64,000 nt of DNA, taken from positions 1 through 64,000 of the forward strand of contig CAZVGK010000017.1 in the NCBI GenBank assembly GCA_964626665.1, read 5' to 3'. This document shows positions 19,257-29,680 of this stretch, piece after piece. The first letter of the stretch is position 1. Each line of letters starts with the position of its first letter. Made by a program: the position numbers and the translations under genes. The notes beneath the pieces were generated by a model. It made no database searches, was not told the DNA's origin, and saw only the letters and a list, made by a program, of their open reading frames with translations. The DNA comes from an uncultured Gemmatimonadota bacterium (GTDB taxonomy: Bacteria > SM23-81 > DAOVCL01).

Positions 19257-20267
19257 ATGACAGAAGATTCGTCCCGGAATAAGGCCCTCAGCCTTGCCCT
19301 TGCTCAGATCGAGAGGCAGTTCGGCCGAGGGGCCATAATGAAGTGGGGAGAGGGAACTGGGTTAAAGGTTCCGGTTATTCCCACTGGGGCCCTATCCCTG
19401 GACTTTGCCCTGGGGGTAGGGGGAGTACCTAGAGGTAGAGTAATAGAGATCTTTGGGCCTGAGTCATCGGGAAAGACTACCCTGGCCTATCACATCATTG
19501 CCGAGGCCCAGAAGAGGGGGGGGATAGCCGCCTTTATCGATGCCGAACATGCCGTGGATGCCACCTATGCCCGCAACTTGGGGGTGGACATAGACAACCT
19601 GCTTATGTCCCAACCGGATTTCGGCGAACAGGCCCTGGAGATAGGCGATACCTTAGTGAGAAGCGGGGCGGTGGATGTGATAGTGGTGGATTCTGTAGCT
19701 GCCCTTGTCCCCCGGGCCGAGCTGGAGGGAGAGATGGGGGACTCCCATATGGGCCTGCAGGCCAGGCTGATGTCCCAGGCCTTGAGAAAACTCACCGGCT
19801 CCATAAGCAAGTCCCACACCTGCACCATATTCACCAACCAGATAAGGATGAAGATAGGGACAATGTGGGGCAATCCGGAAACCACCACCGGGGGGAAGGC
19901 CCTCAAGTTTTACTCCTCGGTGAGATTGGACATCAGGAGAATAGCTTCCATCAAAGAGAGGGATCAGGTTGTGGGCAATCGCACCAGGGTGAAGGTGGTG
20001 AAGAACAAGCTCGCCCCCCCATTCAAAGAGGCCATCTTCGATATAATGTATGGAGAGGGCATCTCCTGGGAGGGAGACCTCATCGATTTAGGGGTAGAAT
20101 ATGAGGTGGTGGAGAAGAGCGGAACCTGGTTTTCCTATCAGGGGGAGAGGTTAGGGCAGGGGAGGGAAAATGCCAAGGCCTTCTTAAAGGAGAACAAGGA
20201 TATAGCCAACCAGATAGAGACGAAACTGAAGGAGAAGTTGGGCCTGGCTGATGTCGTAGACAAGTAG
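19257..20267 (+). CDS. recA: Recombinase A
   Basis: [41 protein letters not shown]; start could be GTG 19248. Confidence 0.98.
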   Translation: MTEDSSRNKALSLALAQIERQFGRGAIMKWGEGTGLKVPVIPTGALSLDFALGVGGVPRGRVIEIFGPESSGKTTLAYHIIAEAQKRGGIAAFIDAEHAVDATYARNLGVDIDNLLMSQPDFGEQALEIGDTLVRSGAVDVIVVDSVAALVPRAELEGEMGDSHMGLQARLMSQALRKLTGSISKSHTCTIFTNQIRMKIGTMWGNPETTTGGKALKFYSSVRLDIRRIASIKERDQVVGNRTRVKVVKNKLAPPFKEAIFDIMYGEGISWEGDLIDLGVEYEVVEKSGTWFSYQGERLGQGRENAKAFLKENKDIANQIETKLKEKLGLADVVDK

Positions 20268-20284
20268 CCAGCCTCAGAGGACAG

Positions 20285-20935
20285 TTGGGAAGGATTACCA
20301 AGATAGAGCCACAGAAGAGGAACAGGGCCCGCCGTTCGATCTGGCTTGATGGGAGTTACTCCTTCTCCCTGAGCGAGGGGGCCCTCCTCCAGTCCGGACT
20401 GCGGGAGGGGGATGAGCTCTCCGCTGTGGAGGTAGAGAGGCTGGTCTCCCTCGACCAGAGGGGAAAGGCCAAGGGGATCGCTTTCCGGTATCTGAGCTAT
20501 AGGCCAAGGACGGTAAGGGAGGTAGCCGATAAGCTGCAGGACAAGGGAATCTCCCCTGAGATAATCGAATCGGTGATCGAGAATCTGAAGGGGCTGAAGC
20601 TTTTGGATGATCGGGCCTTTGCCCGTTCCTGGATTGCCGAACGATTGGCCCGCCGACCAGGGGGGAAGAGGCTTCTGCACAGGGAGTTGAGGCAAAAGGG
20701 AGTGGATGTGGAGCTGATAGAGGAGGTCATAGATGAGCTTTACCCTAAGGAGGTGGAGGTGGCCAGAGAGCTTTTAAGGAAGAAGATGAGAAGGTTCAAG
20801 GGGCTGGAGCCGCAGAAGGTGAAAGCAAAGGCCTGGGGCCTCCTTCTGCGAAGAGGATTTTCCTCCCAGACAGCCCAGGAGTGTATGGAGGAACTTTCCA
20901 ATATTTCGGAATCTCTCAGAAATTCCGAAATGTAG
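20285..20935 (+). CDS. recX: Regulatory protein RecX
   Basis: ITKIEPQK N-terminus, YLSYRPRT, LLDDRAFA, ELRQKGV, LLRRGFS; follows recA. Confidence 0.9.
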   Translation: MGRITKIEPQKRNRARRSIWLDGSYSFSLSEGALLQSGLREGDELSAVEVERLVSLDQRGKAKGIAFRYLSYRPRTVREVADKLQDKGISPEIIESVIENLKGLKLLDDRAFARSWIAERLARRPGGKRLLHRELRQKGVDVELIEEVIDELYPKEVEVARELLRKKMRRFKGLEPQKVKAKAWGLLLRRGFSSQTAQECMEELSNISESLRNSEM

Positions 20936-20969
20936 GGATCGGATTTATCCAACCCGCTTTCAGAGCGAT

Positions 20970-21245
20970 CGAAGGGAGCTAAGTTCAAAGCTTAGGAAAT
21001 TCCATTTTTAGACAGGATTGACAGGACAATCAGGATAAATAAAACTCCTCCACCAATGCCCTCCTTGCGTGGGTTACATCTAAGCGAATTAGTGGGTGGG
21101 AGATAGCTCCTGATGTCATCAAAAGTGTACTGTCAGCTCTTGAAAAGTCTGGAGACCTCTCTCCCGGATTCAAATACGGGATGGACAGGATGAATAAAAA
21201 TCCTGTTATCCTGTCGAAAAAACCCCACCGAAGGGAGCTAAGTTC
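20970..21245 (+). repeat. GACAGGAT-family repeat with an internal insert, bounded by 17-bp direct repeats CGAAGGGAGCTAAGTTC
   Basis: Direct repeats at 20970-20986 and 21229-21245; the second abuts the alaS TTG. Confidence 0.75.
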
Positions 21246-23810
21246 TTGAGATCTGAGGAGATAAGAAAGAGCTTCTTAGAGTATTTCCGCCAAAGAGGAC
21301 ACAGGATAGTTCCCAGTTCCCCCCTCATTCCCCAGGATGATCCCTCCCTTTTTTTTGCCAATGCCGGGATGAACCAGTTCAAGGGGATCCTACTGGGGAA
21401 GGAGAAACGGGCATTTAAGAGGGCAACATCCTGCCAGAAGTGCCTGCGAGCCAGCGGGAAACACAACGACTTAGAGGAAGTGGGAGGGGATGGTTTCCAC
21501 CACACCTTCTTTGAGATGTTGGGGAACTGGTCATTTGGGGACTACTACAAGGAAGAGGCCATCGGTTATGCCTGGGATTACACCACCCGGATTCTGGGCC
21601 TTTCTCCCCAAAGGCTTTGGATCTCCGTTTACCAGGATGATGAGGAGTCCTATCGGATCTGGAGAGAGTCCGTAGGTATCTCCGAGGAAAAGATAGTCAA
21701 GCTCAGTGAGAAGGATAATTTCTGGTCGATGGGGGAGGTAGGTCCCTGTGGACCCTGCTCTGAGATCTACTACGACTTTGAGCCAGAAGAGGGTGGAGGG
21801 TTTAACCCAGATAGCAATCGTTTCTCGGAGATTTGGAACTTGGTCTTCATTCAGTTTAACAGAGAAAGATCTGGGAAGCTCTCCCCCCTTCCCTTCAGGA
21901 GCGTGGACACTGGTATGGGGCTGGAAAGGGTGGCCGCGGTAACCCAAGAGGTGAAAGCAAACTATCAGACGGACCTATTCCGCCCTTTGATGGATTGGTT
22001 AAAGGAGATCTCACCCAATGGGGACCTCCGCTCCCGCAGGGTGATCTCAGACCATATCAGGGCTCTCTCCTTTTCCATTGCCGCGGGGGTTATCCCCTCC
22101 AATGAAGGAAGGGGCTATGTGATCAGGAGGATACTCAGGAGGGCGGCCAGATACGGCCGACTTCTGGGTTTGAAGGGACCGTTTTTATATCAACTCTCCA
22201 GTTTGGTGGTTGATTTGATGGGGGAGATCTATCCGGAGCTGGTGGCTAAGAGGGAGCACATAGCTTTGGTGATCAAGGCGGAGGAGGAGAGGTTTGGGGA
22301 GACCCTGGATCTGGGAATGGGGCTTTTCTCCCGGGTGGCCCAGAGGGTCAAAGGCCAAGGGGGGAACACCATTAGCGGTCAGGAGGCCTTCAAGCTCTAT
22401 GATACCTATGGCTTCCCCTTGGACCTCATTCAGGTAATGGCCAAGGAGGAGGGCCTGGGGGTGGATTTAGAGGGCTTCAACCTTCTGATGGAAGAGCAGA
22501 GGGAAAAGGCAAGAAAAGGAGCAAAATTTGGCTCTGGGATGCAGGTCTCTGTTGGGAAGATACCGCCAACTAAGTTTTTGGGATATGAAACCCTGCAGAC
22601 AGAAGGGAAGATCATCTGGTTAAAGGGAAATGAAGATAGGGTTGAACTGGGTTTGGACCAGACCCCCTTCTATGCCGAACAAGGGGGGCAGGTAGGGGAC
22701 AGGGGGGAAATTTCTGCCCTCGGTTTAAGGATCAAGGTGAAGAATACGATCAGGAGGGAGGGGGCAACTATCCATTTAGGCAAGTTAGTAGTCGGCCAGC
22801 CTAAGGAGAGGATGGCCGTGACCGCCCAGGTTGACGAGAATTGGAGAAGGGGAGTAGAAAGGAGCCACACAGCCACCCATCTACTCCAGGCCGCCTTAAG
22901 GCATGTCTTAGGGGAACATATCCACCAGTCCGGCTCCTTAGTGGAGCCGGACAGGTTGAGATTTGACTTCACCCATTTTAAGGGCTTAACCCCAGAGGAG
23001 ATCCAGGCCGTTGAATCGCTGGTCAACAAGAAAATTAGGGAAGACCTCAAGGTGGAGACCTACCTGACCTCTCTGCAAGAGGCCAAAGCTCAAGGGGCCA
23101 TTGCCCTCTTCGGGGAAAAGTATGGAGAGAGGGTAAGGGTGATGAAGGCGGGCGATTTCAGCTTGGAGCTCTGTGGGGGAACTCACTTACAAAGCACCGG
23201 ACAGATAGGGTGTTTTAGGTTGGACAAGGAAGAGGGTGTAGCTGCCGGGGTGAGGAGAATAGAGGCCCAGGTGGGAGAGAAGGCCTGGAGATTAGCCCGA
23301 AAGGAGAAGGAGCTGGTGAGTAGGCTCTCTGCTGTTCTCAAATCGGAGCCCGCCGATCTGGAGAAGAGGCTAAGAAAACTCCTCCAGGAGAGGGCAACCC
23401 TCCAAAAGGAGACCCAGAGGTTGCGAGGCCTCTCCTATCGCCAGCTTGTAGAGGGGATAGTGCGGAAAGCAACGATAGCAAACGGAATAAAGGCTGTCTG
23501 GGGGAAGGTAAAGGTAGGAAGCCAGGAGGAACTTCTCCAGATGGGGGACGCCCTCAGAGGGGAGTTGAGGTCAGGGATAGGCCTGTTAGGGGCCATTATA
23601 GAGGGAAAGCCCGCCCTCCTGCTTTTGGTGACCAAGGATCTGGTCTCCGAAAGGGGGCTTAAGGCGGGTGAATTGGTGGGGAAAGTTGTCGCGTTAATGG
23701 GGGGAAGGGGTGGAGGAAGTCCCTATCTGGCCCAGGCTGGAGGGGGTAATATCGATAAGCTGGACGAGGCCCTGGAAAGTCTGCCATCCATTTTGAAGGA
23801 GAGCCTCTGA
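21246..23810 (+). CDS. alaS: Alanine--tRNA ligase
   Basis: NAGMNQFK, HHTFFEMLGN, DTGMGLER, editing motifs HTATH and ELCGGTH, GGRGGG. Confidence 0.98.
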   Translation: MRSEEIRKSFLEYFRQRGHRIVPSSPLIPQDDPSLFFANAGMNQFKGILLGKEKRAFKRATSCQKCLRASGKHNDLEEVGGDGFHHTFFEMLGNWSFGDYYKEEAIGYAWDYTTRILGLSPQRLWISVYQDDEESYRIWRESVGISEEKIVKLSEKDNFWSMGEVGPCGPCSEIYYDFEPEEGGGFNPDSNRFSEIWNLVFIQFNRERSGKLSPLPFRSVDTGMGLERVAAVTQEVKANYQTDLFRPLMDWLKEISPNGDLRSRRVISDHIRALSFSIAAGVIPSNEGRGYVIRRILRRAARYGRLLGLKGPFLYQLSSLVVDLMGEIYPELVAKREHIALVIKAEEERFGETLDLGMGLFSRVAQRVKGQGGNTISGQEAFKLYDTYGFPLDLIQVMAKEEGLGVDLEGFNLLMEEQREKARKGAKFGSGMQVSVGKIPPTKFLGYETLQTEGKIIWLKGNEDRVELGLDQTPFYAEQGGQVGDRGEISALGLRIKVKNTIRREGATIHLGKLVVGQPKERMAVTAQVDENWRRGVERSHTATHLLQAALRHVLGEHIHQSGSLVEPDRLRFDFTHFKGLTPEEIQAVESLVNKKIREDLKVETYLTSLQEAKAQGAIALFGEKYGERVRVMKAGDFSLELCGGTHLQSTGQIGCFRLDKEEGVAAGVRRIEAQVGEKAWRLARKEKELVSRLSAVLKSEPADLEKRLRKLLQERATLQKETQRLRGLSYRQLVEGIVRKATIANGIKAVWGKVKVGSQEELLQMGDALRGELRSGIGLLGAIIEGKPALLLLVTKDLVSERGLKAGELVGKVVALMGGRGGGSPYLAQAGGGNIDKLDEALESLPSILKESL

Positions 23811-24592
23811 TGTCCGTCTTCCAGAGGCTTCTTGGTTCCAGGAAGAAGAAGGGGGCAGCATTATGGGCACTCCTCGATCCGGACAGGGCCCAAGGGGAGG
23901 GGTTCCTCGATCTTGCCCTGAGATGTGAAAGATCCGCTGTAGATGCTCTCCTTGTGGGAAGCAGTCTGCTCCTCTCCTCCAGGTTTGAGGAGGCGCTTAA
24001 GCTAATAAAGGGCAGGGTCTCCCTGCCGGTGATCATCTTCCCTGGTAATGCCAATCAGATTTCCCGCTATGCAGATGCCATCCTCTACCTCAGCCTGATT
24101 TCGGGGAGAAATCCAGACCTCTTGATTGGGGAACAGGTGAAGGCTGCCCCCCTGATCAGGGAATACGGCATAGAGCCCATATCCACAGGCTATATGATAG
24201 TTGACTCCGGAGGCCCGACTGCGGTCCAATTTATGAGCAACACCCAACCTCTTCCTCAGGGAAGGCCGGATATCGCTAAGGCCCACGCCCTGGCCGCCCA
24301 GTATCTGGGGATGAAGATGCTCTATTTGGAAGCGGGAAGCGGCGCCAAAAGCTCGGTCCCAGAGAGGATAATAGAGGGAGTCAGAGGTTATGTAGACCTC
24401 CCTCTCATCGTGGGAGGGGGGATAAGGACTCCGGAGCAGGCAGCCCAGAAGGTGGAGGCCGGCGCAGACTTTGTGGTAGTAGGCAATACCTTCGAGGAGA
24501 CCGGAGGCCAGGAGAAGATAGAAGCTTTCTCCCAGGCCATCCACCAGGCCGGGGAGAAAAGAATAAAAACATCACCAATTTCTAACACTTGA
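23810..24592 (+). CDS. Geranylgeranylglyceryl/heptaprenylglyceryl phosphate synthase (group II-like)
   Basis: LLDPD, LVGSS, IFPG, SLISGRNPDLLIG, YLEAGSGA, VGGGIR, VVGN; TGATG coupling to alaS. Confidence 0.9.
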   Translation: MSVFQRLLGSRKKKGAALWALLDPDRAQGEGFLDLALRCERSAVDALLVGSSLLLSSRFEEALKLIKGRVSLPVIIFPGNANQISRYADAILYLSLISGRNPDLLIGEQVKAAPLIREYGIEPISTGYMIVDSGGPTAVQFMSNTQPLPQGRPDIAKAHALAAQYLGMKMLYLEAGSGAKSSVPERIIEGVRGYVDLPLIVGGGIRTPEQAAQKVEAGADFVVVGNTFEETGGQEKIEAFSQAIHQAGEKRIKTSPISNT

Positions 24593-24748
24593 TGTGCCTG
24601 GTGCGAAAGTTTAGAGCCCCTGATTTATCAGGAGTCCGAAGAGAATGCTTTTCAGTCTGTCCCACAAAAAATGTCAGGTGAGCAACTAACCCCTATTTTG
24701 GGGGAGTAAAAATGAGGGTTTTGGCACTGAGAAATCCCGGAGTTAAAT

Positions 24749-25582
24749 ATGGCTACATTTGAGCTTGGTTCAACTACAGCCAAAGGTGGTTTTGCCAACG
24801 AAAAGGCTGTTTGTAATAAGTTTAATAGTTGGGAAAACGATAATGAGGCTCAAATTTGGCTCAAGATCATGGGATATAATCCAAAAGAAATAGAGTCTGT
24901 GGAGGCGATTCAAATACCAACTCGGATGAAAAGAAAAGATGTTGATCAATTAGGATTAAAGGAGAGTTATGAGGAACTGATGAGATTTAAAAAGTCAGAC
25001 GCTCAAATAAGGATTGTGATTACTATTGGAAAGATAGTAAAGATTGAAAACCTATCAATGAAGAAAGCAAACTCAGACGCAGATTATAATCAGGTTGATA
25101 AAAGATGGGTGGGAACATACCAAGAAATATGGAAATTTGACGATGATGTAGCATTTGGGCTTAAACTTTTTACAGGAGAGATTAACCATGCTTCTTATCC
25201 TGAGATAGTCAAAAACAAGGTGTTGAGAGACAGGAGAAGGATGTTCCTTGATGAACTTCCAGATGATTTAAGGTTTAAAATTCTAAGCTTCTTCACTGAG
25301 AACAAAATCCTTGTGGTTACAGATATCCTGAAAGGCAGAGGAGGTCTATCTGCCAACTGGTTGTTAGTGACAAGATATAACAGGGAAGATGACAACACTA
25401 CATGGATTCTAAAGGATATCAATACAGCAATGAACTTCTTTGGTTCTGGAGAAGTAAGGTTGTCGCCCCGAGGAAGTCTTTACATTGGGAAGATTACTAT
25501 GCAGAGGAAAGGTGGTACTCCAGATCCAACGAAGTTACAATTCAAAATAAAACCATGTGAGTTATTTAAATTGGAGAAATGA
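24749..25582 (+). CDS. Type II restriction endonuclease, HinP1I-like
   Basis: ELGSTTAKGGFANE, EAQIWL..MG, NQVDKRW, RRMF, DILKGRG, LSPRGSL, TMQRKGG, LQFKIKP mirror R.HinP1I motifs as recalled. Confidence 0.82.
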   Translation: MATFELGSTTAKGGFANEKAVCNKFNSWENDNEAQIWLKIMGYNPKEIESVEAIQIPTRMKRKDVDQLGLKESYEELMRFKKSDAQIRIVITIGKIVKIENLSMKKANSDADYNQVDKRWVGTYQEIWKFDDDVAFGLKLFTGEINHASYPEIVKNKVLRDRRRMFLDELPDDLRFKILSFFTENKILVVTDILKGRGGLSANWLLVTRYNREDDNTTWILKDINTAMNFFGSGEVRLSPRGSLYIGKITMQRKGGTPDPTKLQFKIKPCELFKLEK

Positions 25583-27474
25583 ATATGCTCCTCTTAGCAA
25601 AAGTGAAATTTGATTTAAGAGATCCAGACGAACTTTACTTTGCTCAAAGGGAAATAGATAGTTTATTGGGCGAAAAAACGAAGTTTATTAGAACCATTGC
25701 ATCCCTTGTTAAAGCGGAACCGTTCAAGTTGCTTGATGATGAAGTCATTCATTTGATGACTCGATTAGTTTATATGGGTGAAGGGCAAGGATATTTAGCA
25801 AAGATACCGATTCAAGAGATAGTAAGCATAGTAAAAAAGGCAACTTTTTTCAGAGAGATTTATGTGATTTTCAAGGCAAAAAATAATATTGAAGTATTGA
25901 AAGGCTTATTTAAAAAGGTAGGTATAACAATTATCCCTGGACAATTGGAGGAAGAAAAAATATATCCAAGTCCTTATACACAGATTTTCTTAAAGAACGT
26001 ATCGGAAAATAGTAAATTAGTAGCAATTAGATTTTTGCCTTTCCAAACACTTTTTGAATATGCAACGGAGGTAAAGAAACTTCCAGCAGCAGTATTCCGT
26101 CCTAAAAATAGCAAGAACTGGACAGAATACTTTAAGGAGAAAGAAAATGGAATAGAAAAAGGTATAAAAGAATTACTTGAACATATGAAAATGGGTCATT
26201 ATCGTTCGCCCCACTTTGGACTTGGGAAAAATCATGTGGGTGACTTTGTAGACTGGGCATCTACTGACCTGAGAAAACCCTTTCTTCATTACCTCCATAA
26301 ATACAAAGGAAAGGGCGACCCAAGAATATCTCGTGCTTTGATAAATTTGTTACATGTGAAGGAAGGAGATACAATCCTCGACCCTTTTGCAGGTTCAGGA
26401 GCATTTATTGCTGATGCCCCCACTATGGGATTAAATGCTATCGGTATAGAAATTTTGAATATAGGGAAGATGATTGCTGAGGTTAAATGTAATTTAGGTA
26501 TTAATATCGCAAATTTACGGAACTCCATAATCAAATTATTTGAATCTATAGATGGCATGCTTTTCAAACAAGATATAAAGGATGAGCTCATAGAGACAAA
26601 GGAGAAAATTAGAAAAAACACTGGCAATGGTAGAGCTTATGAGAATATCAGCTCACATTTAGCAAAAATTATACTTTTAAAAAAGGGAATAGAAAAATTA
26701 GATGATACAGAAGTAAAGACATTTCTTCTAACTCTCTTGAGTCAAAAGATTGTGGAATATTCCGAAAAAAGGAGAGGATGGGATGTTATCAATACCTTCA
26801 AATCTTATGTTGAGGATAGATACTTAACTTTGTGTGCCACCAAAAATCTTGCGAGAATACTTGGTGTGAATCTTAGTGGAGGGAAAGTCACAATAATCAA
26901 AGGCGATTCAACTAATATGTCAATGATCGAAAATAATTCTATCGATGGAATGCTAACCTCTCCTCCTTATTTTGATGCATTAAACTATATCGGGAATAAC
27001 AAGGTTTCAATTCTAATACTAGATTTAGATGAAGATCTTACCTGGGAATCCACGAAACAATTTTATGAAGCAAAACACAGAGACGAAGGACGGCATGAAA
27101 GATTGCCGTTCTTTGTCAGTGATAGATATTTTTCTGTTCAATTGCCTCCCTCAAGTTTGAAGCTTATAAAACTGCTCCAAGAATCTCGTAGGGTTTATAA
27201 ATCAAAGGTAGTTGAGAATTATCTGAAGATGATGAAGCTTTCATTTGAAGAGTGTCACCGTGTTTTACGCAATGGCAAGTATTACTTGATGGTGGTTAGC
27301 AAATATCATAGATGGACCATAAATGGGCACGAACAAACGATCGAAACATCATCCATACTGGCAGATCTAGGAAAATCTGTAGGCTTTAGAGTAGAAGATG
27401 TCATTGAACATGGCTTATCAAAGGCCGATAAAGGTAAGATCGGGGTAGAGAACATACTGGTTTTCCAAAAATGA
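25579..27474 (+). CDS. Amino-DNA methyltransferase (probably N4-C) with long N-terminal extension
   Basis: Motif I DPFAGSG precedes motif IV TSPPY; ATGA overlap with the endonuclease. Confidence 0.85.
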   Translation: MNMLLLAKVKFDLRDPDELYFAQREIDSLLGEKTKFIRTIASLVKAEPFKLLDDEVIHLMTRLVYMGEGQGYLAKIPIQEIVSIVKKATFFREIYVIFKAKNNIEVLKGLFKKVGITIIPGQLEEEKIYPSPYTQIFLKNVSENSKLVAIRFLPFQTLFEYATEVKKLPAAVFRPKNSKNWTEYFKEKENGIEKGIKELLEHMKMGHYRSPHFGLGKNHVGDFVDWASTDLRKPFLHYLHKYKGKGDPRISRALINLLHVKEGDTILDPFAGSGAFIADAPTMGLNAIGIEILNIGKMIAEVKCNLGINIANLRNSIIKLFESIDGMLFKQDIKDELIETKEKIRKNTGNGRAYENISSHLAKIILLKKGIEKLDDTEVKTFLLTLLSQKIVEYSEKRRGWDVINTFKSYVEDRYLTLCATKNLARILGVNLSGGKVTIIKGDSTNMSMIENNSIDGMLTSPPYFDALNYIGNNKVSILILDLDEDLTWESTKQFYEAKHRDEGRHERLPFFVSDRYFSVQLPPSSLKLIKLLQESRRVYKSKVVENYLKMMKLSFEECHRVLRNGKYYLMVVSKYHRWTINGHEQTIETSSILADLGKSVGFRVEDVIEHGLSKADKGKIGVENILVFQK

Positions 27475-27492
27475 TAAAGTTCGACTCAAACT

Positions 27493-27551
27493 GAAGAAGA
27501 AGGATTTGAAGTATTGGAAAAGTAGTTTCCGATAATTTTATGGACATCCCC
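27493..27551 (+). mobile_element. Family A element, right end only
   Basis: AAGGATTTGAAGTATTGGAAAAGTAG...TAATTTTATGGACATCCCC matches the 3' ends of the other copies. Confidence 0.8.
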
Positions 27552-27641
27552 TCATCCAGGCAATAGAGGGAAACAAGATACTGGTCATTTTTAAACTGCC
27601 GGTCGAATCTCCGTTTCAGGAGATATGAAGGAGAATTAAAT

Positions 27642-29156
27642 ATGACTCGTGCTTTGACGCCCTATGAGGAACGAAACGAATACTATGCCACGATACAGCT
27701 TGGCAGGGATGTAAAAGCTCAAACAGAACTCATTAGTAGGCAGACACGGGAACTAGTTGCTACACACCTTGCCTCAGCCAATGGAATCATTGCCAGCCAA
27801 GAGAGAGTTTCGGAAGGCATAGATGAAATTTCTTACAGAATTGAAGACGTCGCAGAAGGTATTTATGGCCTAAAGGCGGCTTTTGAGTGGGGTATTGATG
27901 AAGTTGTCTGGCAGATAGAACAAAATAGAGAAGTTTTAAAAAATATATTAGAAGCTATAACCAAGCCACTTGATACGCAGGCGAAAGAACTGAGACGGCG
28001 TGCGGAAAAAGCTTATGCAAATGGGTGGATCGATGACGCTTTAGATGACTTTTTGGAATCGGAAAAAAAGAACAGGTATGATTTTGTGGTTCACATCAGC
28101 TTAGGGCATATCTATCTTTTTCACGAGCACAGCAACGCAAAAGCCTTAGAGTATTATGAAAAAGCGGTTAAATATGCCAGACCTGAGTCAAGTTATTATA
28201 CAAGCTATGCCTTAATCCACATAGCCTTTATAAAGTATCTCGAAAAACAGGTCGAGGAGACCGAACGTTATACAAAGGAAGCAATCCAGCTTAGTCCAGA
28301 CTTTACTGAGGCGCTTTATCGGAATGCACAGTACAACGCTGTTTTATTTAACGCTGACAAAGCTATCCCTTCTCTCGAAAGGGCAATTAAAATAGATGTC
28401 AACTACTGCGAGAAGGCAAACAATGAAAAAGAATTCGATGAAATAAAAGCAGATGTAAAAAAACTGTTTGAAAAACTAAGAAGAGAAGAAAAGAGTAAGG
28501 TTGACAGCAGATACAAAACTTTTAGAGAAAGACTAAACGCATTTAATGATCTTAAGAATCAAGTCAAACCTGAAGGCATTACAATGGCCGTAAATACACA
28601 GCTTGAGAACTATATGCAGAGGGTAGAGACCCTGATTCAACGAAACAGCTACCGCGACTATCTGGAAGCCGGGAAAATTCTCTCAAAGAGTGAAGATTTG
28701 CTAGTGCAAGAAATATCCAGTCTACGGAAAAAAGTTCAAGATAAAAGAGAAGAATGTAATGATTCAATAAAAGAATTTGAGACCGCGCATCGGCAGAGAA
28801 AAGAGGATTTTCAGGAACGTTTTTGGTTGTTTTTGTATTTTCTACCTTTAGCTGGTCTCCTTCTTTATCTTGCCATAATAGGACCTGGAGAAAAGAGTGG
28901 TACAGCTGAAGTCATTTTTGCTCTTATAATGGCCGCCGTTCCTGTTTTAAACTGGATTGTGTGGATACTTCTTATAAAAAACGACCCCGTTCTCTGGATA
29001 ATGACGATCGCATGTATTGCAGGTTATTGGATGATTTACGCTGTGCTGGCATCCAGAATTAGCAGTAACATAGAAAATTATAGAACGAGGATAAGACGCC
29101 TCGAAAGGATAGAGGAGATTTCTAGGGATATCGAAGGATATCGAAAGAGGTCTTAG
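27642..29156 (+). CDS. TPR-repeat / coiled-coil protein with C-terminal membrane segments
   Basis: SD AAGGAG; TPR-like ALEYYEKAV, EAIQLSPDF.EALY, LERAIKID; hydrophobic C-terminal stretches. Confidence 0.7.
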   Translation: MTRALTPYEERNEYYATIQLGRDVKAQTELISRQTRELVATHLASANGIIASQERVSEGIDEISYRIEDVAEGIYGLKAAFEWGIDEVVWQIEQNREVLKNILEAITKPLDTQAKELRRRAEKAYANGWIDDALDDFLESEKKNRYDFVVHISLGHIYLFHEHSNAKALEYYEKAVKYARPESSYYTSYALIHIAFIKYLEKQVEETERYTKEAIQLSPDFTEALYRNAQYNAVLFNADKAIPSLERAIKIDVNYCEKANNEKEFDEIKADVKKLFEKLRREEKSKVDSRYKTFRERLNAFNDLKNQVKPEGITMAVNTQLENYMQRVETLIQRNSYRDYLEAGKILSKSEDLLVQEISSLRKKVQDKREECNDSIKEFETAHRQRKEDFQERFWLFLYFLPLAGLLLYLAIIGPGEKSGTAEVIFALIMAAVPVLNWIVWILLIKNDPVLWIMTIACIAGYWMIYAVLASRISSNIENYRTRIRRLERIEEISRDIEGYRKRS

Positions 29157-29185
29157 TCGTGGCCTTTGACAGATGATAGTAGATA

Positions 29186-29465
29186 GGGCGTCCATTAAAT
29201 TATAAATTGACAGGGAAAATCCTTTTTGGGGCTTCAGGCAGCGCCAAGCACGAATTGAAGCAGGAAAGCACTTCCAATAGGGCAAGCTCCGAGTGAATTT
29301 TGCAATCGAGCGGTTAGGGGACTTGGTGTAAGTGCAATAGCTCTTGCTAAGAAGCTGGGGTTTTCCCGTCCGCGGTGAGCATCTCTGTGAAGGGGGGAGG
29401 AAATAGCCAAAGAAAAATGATTTGAAGTATTGGAGATGGAGTTTTTCATAATTTTATGGAAGTCC
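29186..29465 (+). mobile_element. Family A miniature element (internally deleted RAYT-like Y1 transposase gene with terminal inverted repeats)
   Basis: GGGCGTCCATTAAATTA...TAATTTTATGGAAGTCC; remnant RQARIEA plus GVSAIALAKKLG...VSISVK. Confidence 0.8.
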
Positions 29466-29482
29466 TTCCATCTCCTTATACC

Positions 29483-29614
29483 TTAGAAGGGGACCAAGTG
29501 AGATTTCTGTCTATCCAATGAGATCTACCGCTGAAGAACCAATGGAACAAGTTCCTGGTTGATTGGTTACCCAAAGCCGAATATGAGAAATGGTTAAAGG
29601 AAGTCAAGAAGTGA
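29483..29614 (+). pseudogene. 5'-truncated gene tail following the family A right end
   Basis: LEGDQVRFLSIQ*DLPLKNQWNKFLVDWLPKAEYEKWLKEVKK* with no start. Confidence 0.35.
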
Positions 29615-29680
29615 GAAAAGCAGTGTTTTTAGATAATCTCTTCTGGAAAAGAATGGTTGGTAAAACGACATCGGGATTAG

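Noticed and set aside
20970-21245. T-box leader for alaS, or a true 17-bp target-site duplication
   Set aside because: No T-box consensus seen; similar words flank another copy of the repeat, so the 17-mer may belong to the element.
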